From: a virus
Taxonomy: Duplodnaviria > Caudoviricetes
Direction: 5' to 3' (one strand)
IMG/VR virus record: IMGVR_UViG_3300029309_000040
Coordinates: 1-58,273 of that record
Length of the DNA: 58,273 bases
Every line of letters starts with the position of its first letter. Within the stretch, counting starts at the first letter, position 1. Under the pieces are notes generated by a model. The model was given only the letters and a program-made list of their open reading frames with translations. It was not told the origin of the DNA and made no database searches. Both the position numbers and the translations under genes were made by a program. This document shows, piece by piece, positions 45,454-55,592 of this stretch.

Positions 45454-46785
45454 ATGCGGATATGTAAAGTATTCCTAATACTACTTTGGGTTACCTCTCC
45501 ACTGTACTCGCAGTGTGACTTAGAGATACTCGATGTAGACCTAATCGAGGGTAGCGTAACGATTGCATTCAACAACACGGAGAACTGCGGGGGGACGGCA
45601 GGTCCATACGGGGTATCTGAAATCCAGTTTGGGTTCCAAGCTTTAGATAGCGATTGCAACGCAATGAATCAGGGGTGGGACTTTCCCTCTGGATTCTCTA
45701 TATCTGATGATTCTAGTCACCCAGGCTGGTTGTACTCGGCTACGACTATGGAGTCCATTAATAACTGGACCAACCTTTATGATGAGCTGATAGATCCCCC
45801 ATACTATACTGGAGATACAGTAGAGTTTCCGTTGTACAACCCCTATCAAAACGATTGCGTAGATGGTCCTTTCGCAGCTCAACTGTACTGTAACCTTGAA
45901 GGGGGGATAGACTATTGGTTGAGCTTAGACCTCAGCGTACAAGTCGTGATTTGGCAGATAAGTTATGGTCCCACTATGTATGCCGAAGACGGGGGTTGGG
46001 CAGAGGTAGGCATCAACGGGGATGGCACTTCTACGGGCAATGGAGTATATGACGACGAAAACTGGGTGGACAACTGGGTGGTAGTGGGCCCCTGCGGAGA
46101 CCCCCTCCCAGAGGTTATCGTAGACACCGTTTACATTGAGCTTCCCCCAGATACTGTCATCGTGGTAGAGTACGATACAATACCAATACCTATCAATTGG
46201 TACTTCTACGACACGACCTATATATACGTCTCTGACACGCTCTATCTAACTGAGTATCTTACAGATACAATCTACGAGACTGAGTATGTATATGATACAA
46301 CCTGGGTGGATAACTATATATACGACACAACCTATGTGTATATACTTGACACCATACTATCCACAGACTACGTTTATGACACCACCTATGTATACCTGCT
46401 GGACACCCTACACGAGTACATAGTGCAAGAGCTGTGGTTGGATTGCGATACAGGTCTCCCGTGTGACGACCAGCCAGGGGTTGACGATTGCGAAGAGATG
46501 GTGGTGTTTGTACCTAACGTATTTACCCCAAACAACGATGGGGTAAACGATAGTTTCTATGCCCAGCAATCTGACCCTAGCTGTTGGAATGATTGGACTA
46601 TGACCATATACAACAGGTGGGGTAGGGTAGTTTTTCAAACCGACGACCCAGAATACGGTTGGGACGGGAGCTACAACGGCGGGGGTCACTACGTTCCTGA
46701 CGGCGTGTATGCTTGGGTGATTAAGGCCAGCTCGTACTCTGGCAGGGCCATAGGTATAGAGGGGACAGTACAGATTTTTAGATGA
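45454..46785 (+). CDS. Secreted protein with T9SS type B (gliding-motility-associated) C-terminal sorting domain
   Basis: Signal ..SPLYS|Q; VFVPNVFTPNNDGVNDSF..IYNRWG..VF..WDG..PDGVY..GTVQIFR. Confidence 0.9.
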   Translation: MRICKVFLILLWVTSPLYSQCDLEILDVDLIEGSVTIAFNNTENCGGTAGPYGVSEIQFGFQALDSDCNAMNQGWDFPSGFSISDDSSHPGWLYSATTMESINNWTNLYDELIDPPYYTGDTVEFPLYNPYQNDCVDGPFAAQLYCNLEGGIDYWLSLDLSVQVVIWQISYGPTMYAEDGGWAEVGINGDGTSTGNGVYDDENWVDNWVVVGPCGDPLPEVIVDTVYIELPPDTVIVVEYDTIPIPINWYFYDTTYIYVSDTLYLTEYLTDTIYETEYVYDTTWVDNYIYDTTYVYILDTILSTDYVYDTTYVYLLDTLHEYIVQELWLDCDTGLPCDDQPGVDDCEEMVVFVPNVFTPNNDGVNDSFYAQQSDPSCWNDWTMTIYNRWGRVVFQTDDPEYGWDGSYNGGGHYVPDGVYAWVIKASSYSGRAIGIEGTVQIFR

Positions 46786-48905
46786 GCGTTTTAGTTGATG
46801 TCAAAGGCTATGAAGAGAAAGCAGTGGCGATATGTCCCAACGGCACGCATGGTGACCACATCGAAATCGGTGGCATTCTCATTGTCCTTCCAAAGCCCCC
46901 TAAAGTCAAAGACATCCTCTACCAGAATCTACCCATCAAGGATCAGCACTGGCGGAGAGCTGATCTACCCAAAGAGATATCGCGTATTCGTTCTATGGAT
47001 GAGTGGGCGGAGATGCCTCGGGAGTTTCGAGAAAAGTTTCGTCCATATATCGAAGAAGAATTTCGCCGTAGGCGTGAGGGCGTTTGGTTTTATAACCGAG
47101 GTGACGCTACATACATCACGGGGCGTCACTACATGATGCTGCAGTGGTCGGTGCTAGACATCGGCCACCCCTACTACCTTGATTTCCAAAGGGATATATT
47201 CTTACATTTGGCTGCGTGTGAGGCGGACCCTCGTTGTATTGGACAGTTATATACCAAGTGCCGTAGATCAGGATATACAAACATATGTTCCTCAGTCATA
47301 GTTGACGAAGCTACCCAAGTAAAAGACAAGCTGCTGGGGATACAGAGCAAGACAGGTAAAGACGCACAGGAGAATATCTTCATGAAGAAGGTGGTCACTA
47401 TGTTCCGCAAGTACCCATTCTTCTTCAAGCCTATCCAAGACGGCACCACCAACCCCCGTATGGAGCTAGCTTTCCGTGAGCCTTCAAAAAAGATTACGAA
47501 GAACAACAAGACAGCTACAGTGGGGGACGCCTTGAATACGGTCATCAACTGGAAGAACACCACGAACAACGCCTACGACGGAGAGAAACTACACTTGCTG
47601 TATCTAGACGAAGCGGGGAAATGGGAAAAACCCACCGACATAAGGGAGGCTTGGAGGATTCAGAGGACCTGTTTGATCGTAGGAAGAAAAATCGTGGGGA
47701 AGGCTATGGTCGGAAGCACCGTAAACCCCATGGCAAAAGGGGGGAGCGAGTACAAAGATTTATGGGGGGACTCGGACCCGCAGGAGAGGAACAAGAATGG
47801 GAGGACTAGGTCGGGTCTTTACAGGCTGTTTATCCCTGCTTACGAATCCCTAGAGGGCTTCTTCGATGTTTATGGGAGGGCTATAATAGAAGACCCAGAG
47901 CAACACGTAGAGGGCATCGATGGGGAGTACGTTCATATGGGGGCCAAGACGTTCTTGAAGAACGAAAGGGAGAGCCTAAAGCACGACGCCTCGGAGCTAA
48001 ACGAAACCATTCGCCAGTTCCCGTTTACCACTGATGAAGCCTTCCGAGATAGTATCGATGGGAGCCTGTTTAATATCGGTCAGATATACGAGCAAGTAGA
48101 GCACAACGACAACCTATTTCCAAACCCCGTAGTTACGGGGCAGTTCACTTGGAAAGGTGGGGTAGAGGATACTGAAGTTATCTTTACACCAGATCCCAAA
48201 GGGAGGTTCAAGGTAGCTTGGATGCCCCCAGTAGAACTCCGAAACAAGAAGGCTCATGACCGAACGAAGAGAATCGCTCCTCACCCTCACCTTGGTTGTG
48301 GCGGGGTGGATAGCTACGATCTCGATGCTACTGTGGATGGGCGCGGATCCAAGGGTGCGCTACATCTGTACAACAAGTTCAATATGGAAGTACCTGCTAA
48401 CATGTTTGTTCTTGAGTACGCTTCCCGTCCGCCTTTGGCTTCGATATTTTATGAAGACGTGCTTATGGCGGCGGTCTTCTACGGGTACCCCATTTTGATA
48501 GAGAACAACAAGTACGGGATAGCTAGGTACTTTGAGCAGCGCGGATATGATGGGTACTTGATGGATAGACCGAAGCACCTGATGAGCACCAGCGCGAAGG
48601 TCAACGTGAAGACCAAAGGGATACCATCTAACTCTGTCGATGTAATCCAATCTCACGCCCAAGCTATAGAGGCTTACGTCCACGATCACGTAGGCATCAA
48701 CAGGGAGACTGGGGAGGTGGGGAGTATGTATTTCAACCGCACCCTAGAGGATTGGATTGGTTATGACATCAGCAACAGAACCAAGTTTGACTTGACCATC
48801 AGCTCTGGTTTGGCTTTGCTAGCGGCACAGAAAGTGAAGGTGAAAAAGAAAGAGTCGAACTTCAATGAGAAGCGCTTCTTCAGGCGGTATAAGGTGAGGG
48901 GTTGA
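46782..48905 (+). CDS. terL: Terminase large subunit
   Basis: KCRRSGYT Walker A, YLDEAGK Walker B, GGVDSYD nuclease, IENN and KFDLTISSG. Confidence 0.9.
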   Translation: MSVLVDVKGYEEKAVAICPNGTHGDHIEIGGILIVLPKPPKVKDILYQNLPIKDQHWRRADLPKEISRIRSMDEWAEMPREFREKFRPYIEEEFRRRREGVWFYNRGDATYITGRHYMMLQWSVLDIGHPYYLDFQRDIFLHLAACEADPRCIGQLYTKCRRSGYTNICSSVIVDEATQVKDKLLGIQSKTGKDAQENIFMKKVVTMFRKYPFFFKPIQDGTTNPRMELAFREPSKKITKNNKTATVGDALNTVINWKNTTNNAYDGEKLHLLYLDEAGKWEKPTDIREAWRIQRTCLIVGRKIVGKAMVGSTVNPMAKGGSEYKDLWGDSDPQERNKNGRTRSGLYRLFIPAYESLEGFFDVYGRAIIEDPEQHVEGIDGEYVHMGAKTFLKNERESLKHDASELNETIRQFPFTTDEAFRDSIDGSLFNIGQIYEQVEHNDNLFPNPVVTGQFTWKGGVEDTEVIFTPDPKGRFKVAWMPPVELRNKKAHDRTKRIAPHPHLGCGGVDSYDLDATVDGRGSKGALHLYNKFNMEVPANMFVLEYASRPPLASIFYEDVLMAAVFYGYPILIENNKYGIARYFEQRGYDGYLMDRPKHLMSTSAKVNVKTKGIPSNSVDVIQSHAQAIEAYVHDHVGINRETGEVGSMYFNRTLEDWIGYDISNRTKFDLTISSGLALLAAQKVKVKKKESNFNEKRFFRRYKVRG

Positions 48906-48942
48906 TTTATTATATTTGTGGGTAATAATTACTTGACCCCAC

Positions 48943-51378
48943 ATGTATAACAATAAGAGTGACCAGTCAGGTGGTTTCCCCGATCCCTTGGCCCCATACG
49001 AGGAGAAAATCTCCAAGGAGTATGGGTTGAGGTACGCCAAGGCCATAGAGGGCCAGTGGGGGAGCACGGACAGCACATCTTCAACTTACGGGGGTAGGAA
49101 GAATATTTTTGCTCGCAATAGGGACTACGCTAACGGAACACAAGATACGAGCATATACAAGCAGCTCTTAAATGCTCTAGACCCAAACAATGGGGACGGG
49201 AGTCTGATGAACTTAGATTTCACGTCTGTCCCTATCCTACCTAAGTTCGTTCGTGTCGTAGTCAATAAGATTCTCTCTCGCAACCCATACCCCAACCTTG
49301 AGGCGGTAGATCCGCTCTCCTCTTCGGAGAAGAACCGAGAGAAGAACAGGATTAAAAACCAGATTAAGTTGCGCCCACAGCTACAGAAGCTGAAGGAACT
49401 AACAGGAGAGGTGTTGGTGGGGGAAGACCCCGACACCCTCCCAGAAACTATCGAGGAGGCAGAAATCTTGATGGATACCAACATCAAGACTGACGCAGAG
49501 ATTGCAGCCCAGGTAGCCACGGATATGACTTTGTCTTGGAATAATTTCGAAGACAATACTTTCCGTCGCTGCGTAAACGACCTCGCAGCCTTGGGTATGA
49601 GCGTGGTCAAGCGCACAAACGACAGCAACTACGGGATTCGGGTGGAGTATGTAGACCCAGTCAACTTCGTACACAGCTACACTGACGACCCCAACCTCGA
49701 CGACATAGTATACGCGGGTTGCGTCCGAGAGATACCTTTGCAAGAGCTAAAGCGCTTGGCGGGGGACCAGCTTACAGAACAAGACTTGCAGAAGATTACG
49801 AAGAACGCCAAGCGAGCTTCTTCTAACAGGTCTATGAAAGCCCCCTACTACCCTTCTAAAATTGACAAGAGTCAGTACGGGGGGTATACAGTGGAGGTCT
49901 TGGACTTTGAGTTCAAGTCTGTAGACTGCATGCACTTCGAAGAAAAGCAAAACCGCTTTGGCAATACGGGGTTCTTCTTCGAGGGGATGAAGTACAAGGA
50001 GCGTACAGGTAGTGTATACGAGCGCACCCCACATAAAATGGAGGTGGAGACGGTGTACTCAGGTATGTACATCCTCGGTACCGACCACATCTTGAACTAC
50101 GGTAGGACCGCGAACGTACCTAAAAACATCCACGATATCTCTCGTGCCAAGCTTTCTTTCTCTGCTGTAGCGGTCAACCTCAACGACCAACTGCCTAAGT
50201 CTATGGTGGATAGCTGCGTCGGCTTTGCCGATATGCTACAGCTCACCCACTTGAAGCTCCAGCAAGCTATCGCTAAAGCCAAGCCAGATGGGTTGGTAAT
50301 CGATATCGAAGGGTTGGAGAACGTACAGCTCGGGAAGGGTGGGGAGTTGCAGCCTTTGGAGCTCCACGATATCTACGAGCAGACGGGGGTGTTCTACTAT
50401 CGCAGTAAGAACCCAGAGGGGGGATTCCAGAATCCGCCAGTACGAGAGATTGGGAACAGCATCCGCAACATCAATGAGTTGATTGCGCTGTACAACCACT
50501 ACTTGCGTATGATTCGCGATACCACTGGGATTAACGAAGCGGTCGATGCTTCTACACCGAAGAGCGACGCCCTAGTGGGTGTTCGGGAGCAAGCCATCGC
50601 AGCGAGCAACAACGCCACTTACGACGTCACCAATGCAGCCATGGTGTTGTACAAGAAGGTTTGTCAAGACGTAGTGAAGTGCTTGCAAATCCTCCCCCCA
50701 GAGTCAGTCATCTTCAAAGCGTATGAGAACGCCATCGGCGAAACCAATATGGGGGTGCTGTCTTCTTTCAGCGACCTTCCGATGTACAACTTCGGGGTGC
50801 AAGTGCAGCGAGAGATGGAGGATAAGGATAGGGTGTATTTGGAGCAGAACATCCAAATCGCTTTGTCACAGAAAGAGCTAGACCTAGAAGACGCTATGGC
50901 GGTGCGTGCTATGAAAGACGTAAACCAAGCCGAGCAACTTCTTATGGTACGGCGCAAGAAGCGCATGAAGAAGCAGCAAGAAATCGCTATGCAGAACTCG
51001 CAGATGCAATCTCAGCAGGCGCAGCAAGCGGCTTTAGTTGCTTCACAAGCCAAGCAGCAAGAGATGCAGATGACGGCGCAGCTCGATGCACAGAAGATTC
51101 AGCTCGAAACCGAAGCAGAGATTGCTATCGCGAAGGTGAAGCACGAGATGCAGAAAGAGATTGAGCAGTTGCGCATTATGAATCGCAGTGCCGAGAAGGG
51201 GGCGGATCAGATGGCCCGTTCGCAGATAGAGAAGCAAAAGGACGATAGGAAAGACGAGCGCGTCAAGAAGCAAGCTATAGAGCAGAGCAAGCTCATAGCG
51301 CAGCGCAAAGGGGAGAGAGGAACTTTAGAGGAGCAAGTGGGGGCTGGATTTGATATTTCACAACTACTACAAGGATGA
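48943..51378 (+). CDS. Portal protein
   Basis: 811 aa after TerL; PILPKFV, IRDTTGINE, Q-rich C-terminal coil; TATATTTG at 48911. Confidence 0.85.
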   Translation: MYNNKSDQSGGFPDPLAPYEEKISKEYGLRYAKAIEGQWGSTDSTSSTYGGRKNIFARNRDYANGTQDTSIYKQLLNALDPNNGDGSLMNLDFTSVPILPKFVRVVVNKILSRNPYPNLEAVDPLSSSEKNREKNRIKNQIKLRPQLQKLKELTGEVLVGEDPDTLPETIEEAEILMDTNIKTDAEIAAQVATDMTLSWNNFEDNTFRRCVNDLAALGMSVVKRTNDSNYGIRVEYVDPVNFVHSYTDDPNLDDIVYAGCVREIPLQELKRLAGDQLTEQDLQKITKNAKRASSNRSMKAPYYPSKIDKSQYGGYTVEVLDFEFKSVDCMHFEEKQNRFGNTGFFFEGMKYKERTGSVYERTPHKMEVETVYSGMYILGTDHILNYGRTANVPKNIHDISRAKLSFSAVAVNLNDQLPKSMVDSCVGFADMLQLTHLKLQQAIAKAKPDGLVIDIEGLENVQLGKGGELQPLELHDIYEQTGVFYYRSKNPEGGFQNPPVREIGNSIRNINELIALYNHYLRMIRDTTGINEAVDASTPKSDALVGVREQAIAASNNATYDVTNAAMVLYKKVCQDVVKCLQILPPESVIFKAYENAIGETNMGVLSSFSDLPMYNFGVQVQREMEDKDRVYLEQNIQIALSQKELDLEDAMAVRAMKDVNQAEQLLMVRRKKRMKKQQEIAMQNSQMQSQQAQQAALVASQAKQQEMQMTAQLDAQKIQLETEAEIAIAKVKHEMQKEIEQLRIMNRSAEKGADQMARSQIEKQKDDRKDERVKKQAIEQSKLIAQRKGERGTLEEQVGAGFDISQLLQG

Positions 51379-51803
51379 GCAAGAGACTCAACTTAGACAC
51401 TAGCGAAAAGCTCGCTATCACCACCCGTCGCGGCGATAGCTTCGATGTGACTCTGACTTTCTTCACTGGGGCCGAGGCCGCAGGCAACGAAGATAGTTTG
51501 GATGGGGACACTTTTATAATGGAGGTCCGCGATAGCCCTAACAGCGATGGTGATGTTGGGGTGGTGCTGTCATCTAACTCTGGTGGCTTTACGTTTGATA
51601 TCGGTGGGGCCTCGAGCAATACAGCGGGGATAAACAACCAACTTACAGTTAGGGCTACGGCGGCTACTATGAGGCTAGTGAACGCGGGGCGCTACGTCTA
51701 CGACCTGCAGCGCTTGAACAGTTCAACTAACGAAGAGAAAACAATTTTACGTGGTGCCTTCAAGGTTATCGAAGACGTATCAGAACCATTGGCAAGTACA
51801 TAA
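51375..51803 (+). CDS. Tail fibre adaptor-like protein
   Basis: RRGDSF..GRYVYDLQ..ILRGAFKV pattern typical of BppU-like phage proteins. Confidence 0.6.
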   Translation: MSKRLNLDTSEKLAITTRRGDSFDVTLTFFTGAEAAGNEDSLDGDTFIMEVRDSPNSDGDVGVVLSSNSGGFTFDIGGASSNTAGINNQLTVRATAATMRLVNAGRYVYDLQRLNSSTNEEKTILRGAFKVIEDVSEPLAST

Positions 51804-51806
51804 AGC

Positions 51807-53294
51807 ATGGCTATTTCCACTAATAATACTACCAATACGATTGTCGTAACCTCTACTGGTCCGAAGGGAGAGGCTGGGGGAAGCAATATCGTAATCAAAG
51901 ACGACGGTGGAGATATCACCTCTTCGGCTTCGTCTATCGACTTTGTCGGTACAGGCGTTACAGCTTCGGCTTCGGGGGACAACGTTACGGTCACTATCAC
52001 TGGTGGTGGCGGCGGAGGCGGTGGCGGTCAGTTCATCACTGTTATTGATGAGAGCACCACCCTTACCTCTTCGGTATCTCAGTTTACGTTTACTGGGGAT
52101 GGGGTTACGGTTACCGAGCCTGTTTCGGATCAGGTTACCGTTACTATCCCTGGTGGGGGTGGGTCTTTTACTGCTGGGGACGGCCTCGACCTTACTTCTA
52201 CGGAGTTCAGCGCAGACCTGAAAGCCAACGGGGGACTCGTTATAGAGTCTACCGAGATGGCTGTTGACTTGGGGGCTTCTTCTATCACGGGTACGCTCGG
52301 GGTAGCTGACGGCGGTACTGGGGCTACGAGCCTCGCGGCCAACTCTGTGTTGACTGGAAACGGTACTAGCGCGGTGGTAGCTGAGGCCAACCTCACTTAC
52401 GACGGACAGCTCTTAGATGTCAAGAACGACGGTACGGACCAGTCGGAGATACGTTTGTATTGCGAGTCTAGCAACGCCCACTACGTCGGTATCGCAGGGT
52501 CTCCTCACGCTGGTGCGGCTAGTCATACTTTGCAACTGCCTTTGCAGCCAGGTACGGCGGGGCAAGTACTGAAAGTAGATAGCGTAAACGGGAATACTCA
52601 GCAGCTCGCCTTCACATCTAATATCGCAGGTAACGCAGCGGGGTTGTCTTCTACTCTGGCTGTCGGTAGCGGCGGTACTGGGGCCACCACCCTAGGTGAC
52701 GGCCACGTCTTGTTGGGGAATGGAACCTCTGCGGTAAGCTCTGTCGACGTAACTGCCAAGGGTAGCATCTTGGTTGGTGACGGGAGCGGCGACCCTAGCG
52801 CCTTGGCTGTAGGCACTAACAACTACGTGTTGACAGCCGACAGCAGCGAGTCTACTGGTCTGAAGTGGGCTGCGGCCTCTGGGGGGACGGAGATTGAGTT
52901 CGCTAGCCAGAGCAGCGCCGTCAACGCTGCTGGTGAGGCCGAGGGTACGATCGTAAAGTTCGGGGATGACTCTACTGTAGCTGGTAAGGTTTACACTTTC
53001 TATTCTGGCACATGGACCTTGGTCGATGCAGATGGTGAGGATACCACAAGGGGGTTGTTAGGTATGGCCCTTGGGGGTAACTCTAGTACTAACGGGATGT
53101 TGGTTTATGGGGTGGGGTATGTAGCTGTAGACCCAGGGGATGCAGGTAAGCCTTTGTATATTTCTACTACTGCAGGAGATTTGACTGAGACGCAGCCTAC
53201 TGACGCCTCTGACTTCGTCAGGGTGGTTGGGTATTGCTTGGCTGACCAGAAGATTTTCTTCTCACCATCACAAGACTACATCGACCTTGCCTAA
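51807..53294 (+). CDS. Tail fibre protein
   Basis: Gly/Thr-rich; GTLGVADGGTGAT, KGSILVGDG and GLKW fibre repeats. Confidence 0.75.
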   Translation: MAISTNNTTNTIVVTSTGPKGEAGGSNIVIKDDGGDITSSASSIDFVGTGVTASASGDNVTVTITGGGGGGGGGQFITVIDESTTLTSSVSQFTFTGDGVTVTEPVSDQVTVTIPGGGGSFTAGDGLDLTSTEFSADLKANGGLVIESTEMAVDLGASSITGTLGVADGGTGATSLAANSVLTGNGTSAVVAEANLTYDGQLLDVKNDGTDQSEIRLYCESSNAHYVGIAGSPHAGAASHTLQLPLQPGTAGQVLKVDSVNGNTQQLAFTSNIAGNAAGLSSTLAVGSGGTGATTLGDGHVLLGNGTSAVSSVDVTAKGSILVGDGSGDPSALAVGTNNYVLTADSSESTGLKWAAASGGTEIEFASQSSAVNAAGEAEGTIVKFGDDSTVAGKVYTFYSGTWTLVDADGEDTTRGLLGMALGGNSSTNGMLVYGVGYVAVDPGDAGKPLYISTTAGDLTETQPTDASDFVRVVGYCLADQKIFFSPSQDYIDLA

Positions 53295-55074
53295 TATCAG
53301 TGACATAAACGGGGTAGCTGTAGCTAGCCTCGGGGATTTCAACGGGGTAGCTAAAGCCAGCATCACCGATATCAACGGGGTGACTATCGTTGTCTCTGGT
53401 ACGAATCTATTGCTTGACACGTACACAGGGGCGGCAGCAGCCTACTCCGTGCGCAAGCTTGACAAAGACTACAGCGGCAGCTGCATGCGAATCCGCAGGG
53501 ACAGCGACGACAGCGAGACAGACATTGGTTTTGATAGTTCTGGAGACCTGGACACTTCAGCGATTGCCACGCATTGCGGAAGCGCTAACGGCTACCTAGT
53601 TACTTGGTATGACCAAGCAAACGTAGGTGGCACTGCGGCAAACGCTACGCAAAGTTTAGGCTCACGTCAACCGCAGATATACAACGGCAGTGGGGTAATT
53701 ACTGAAAACGGCAAGCCAGCCGTTAAATCAGGAGCGAACATGGGGCTAGAAGCTCAGGTTGCAGGAGAGCTGAAAGGCTTTAGCGTTAGCTTTTTAAGCA
53801 CTGCAAAAAGCGTTTTGTTTCACAGGTCACAAGTGGTAAGGACTGGCAATGGGTGGTTTTTAGCAGCAGAGCAAACAAGCTCAACCGCCTTAATTGATAC
53901 AGCCGAGTACAGCAATGTGGCAATACGTAAAAACGGATCCGCATACAGCTTAACAAGCAAGACTAGACAGGATTTATATAACGACTTTTCAAGTCAGCAC
54001 TTATTGCATTTTAATGCTGATATGAGTACAGGTTCAATCACTCAGTATTTTATCGGTTACAATTGGGCTGGAACTAATTGGACATATTCAATGTTCAGCA
54101 CTCAAGAGCTAATATTGTACCCTAGCACTAGCAGCCACAGTATAAGCGCCATAGAGGGGAACGTCAACGCCTACTACCAAATCGGCAACTTCGGCACGCC
54201 CACCTCTGGGCTTCTTTCTGAGAGCTATGGCACAGGAGCAGCGGCCGCCTATTCAGTACGTCAGCTTGCCAATACCGCTAGCAAGTGCATGCGCATTGTA
54301 GTAGACAGTGCAGCTACAGTGGGGACGCTCGATAGCAGTGACCCAGAGTATGATATCGGATTTGATACTAACGGGGACTTGGATACTGCTGCAATTGTAA
54401 GCTACTGCAACAACCCTAGTGGGACTAACTACAATGCTTATGTGACTAAATGGTACGATCAGAGCGGTAATGGAAACGACGCTTCTCAGACTAGTTATAC
54501 TGCTATGCCGCAGATATACAACGGCTCTGCTGTAATTACTGAGAACGGGAAGCCAGCGTTGGACTTTAATGGGACATCAGATTATTTAAAAACCACCACG
54601 TATGCTGTTGAATTATCACAGAATAATGCAAGCGTTTTTACAGTTCACAATTCGGCTGTAGCGGCTTCAAACACTCAATATTTGTTGGCTGAGGCAGATT
54701 CGGCCTCCCCCTACAGCTCCAACTTCATATATGGCAACTTCGATCCCCCAGGTGGCGGCACAACCAATATTATTCTTTGGATGAATGGCACTCATTTCGG
54801 CACCTCTGTATCAGGTCAATGTTTGAGCGGTTTCGACTATAACGGCACCAATTTTCAAGCGCATTTAAATGGCAGCTCTTCTGGGAGTTCGGCTACAGCA
54901 ACGGTAAACACAGAGGCAAACACTTCTACTTACATTGCGAGTCAAGCCCAAGATTCTAGTTCGGTTTACTTTGACGGAAAGGTACAGGAGATTATTACGT
55001 ACAAGACCAACAAATCCAGCAACCGCAGCGCCATAGAAGGAAACATCAACGGGTACTTCTCGATTTATACTTAA
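53287..55074 (+). CDS. Receptor-binding protein with two tandem ConA/LamG-like domains
   Basis: Duplicated GAAAAYSVRxL..DIGFD..GDLDT..WYDQ..PQIYNGS..ITENGKPA; probable TTG start at 53287. Confidence 0.7.
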   Translation: MPNISDINGVAVASLGDFNGVAKASITDINGVTIVVSGTNLLLDTYTGAAAAYSVRKLDKDYSGSCMRIRRDSDDSETDIGFDSSGDLDTSAIATHCGSANGYLVTWYDQANVGGTAANATQSLGSRQPQIYNGSGVITENGKPAVKSGANMGLEAQVAGELKGFSVSFLSTAKSVLFHRSQVVRTGNGWFLAAEQTSSTALIDTAEYSNVAIRKNGSAYSLTSKTRQDLYNDFSSQHLLHFNADMSTGSITQYFIGYNWAGTNWTYSMFSTQELILYPSTSSHSISAIEGNVNAYYQIGNFGTPTSGLLSESYGTGAAAAYSVRQLANTASKCMRIVVDSAATVGTLDSSDPEYDIGFDTNGDLDTAAIVSYCNNPSGTNYNAYVTKWYDQSGNGNDASQTSYTAMPQIYNGSAVITENGKPALDFNGTSDYLKTTTYAVELSQNNASVFTVHNSAVAASNTQYLLAEADSASPYSSNFIYGNFDPPGGGTTNIILWMNGTHFGTSVSGQCLSGFDYNGTNFQAHLNGSSSGSSATATVNTEANTSTYIASQAQDSSSVYFDGKVQEIITYKTNKSSNRSAIEGNINGYFSIYT

Positions 55075-55077
55075 AAA

Positions 55078-55134
55078 ATGGCCACAGTATATCTCCCCGT
55101 AAAGCCCATCGAGGGCATGGAAAGCATTTATTAA
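55078..55134 (+). pseudogene. Truncated copy of the N-terminus of 55144
   Basis: MATVYLPVKPIEGMESIY-stop versus MATIYLPVEA. Confidence 0.6.
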
Positions 55135-55143
55135 ATTTGCAAC

Positions 55144-55554
55144 ATGGCAACGATTTACCTCCCAGTAGAAGCAACAGATACGCTCACAAGCCAAGAGAGA
55201 GCCACAGCTATAAATGCAGAGATATGGCATATGCGCAAACCAGCGCAATACATCTCTGCTCAAGATGTAACTAGGTACTACTTCAGTACCGTAACTCACC
55301 CTAGCACCTCTCAAGTGGCTGTAGTAGGGGGTAGCGATGACGCCCTGCGAGTGCACCCAGAGGCAGATATCACAGCCTTGCTAGCCCTACTCCCAGAAAT
55401 AACAGAGAGCGAAAGGACGTCTCTGACAAACCTCATCGAAGCCAATAAAGGGGGGACGGTAACGTTTAGCGATATCATCCCTACTACCTCCGTGCAGCTC
55501 ACAGAGGCAGAGGCCGACGCCGCAGGGTGGACGCAGACAGATGAGATAGAGTAA
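55144..55554 (+). CDS. Hypothetical tail-associated protein
   Basis: TAAATTTG box at 55132-55139, 4 nt before the ATG. Confidence 0.65.
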   Translation: MATIYLPVEATDTLTSQERATAINAEIWHMRKPAQYISAQDVTRYYFSTVTHPSTSQVAVVGGSDDALRVHPEADITALLALLPEITESERTSLTNLIEANKGGTVTFSDIIPTTSVQLTEAEADAAGWTQTDEIE

Positions 55555-55592
55555 CGTAAAATACTGACTGCTATAGTATTTATATTTGTACT

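Noticed and set aside
46120-46410. CRISPR-like or non-coding tandem repeat
   Set aside because: The repeats are degenerate, in frame and encode the DTxY stalk.
53287-55074. Diversity-generating retroelement acting on the receptor-binding repeats
   Set aside because: No reverse transcriptase recognised, and the repeat differences are not adenine-specific.
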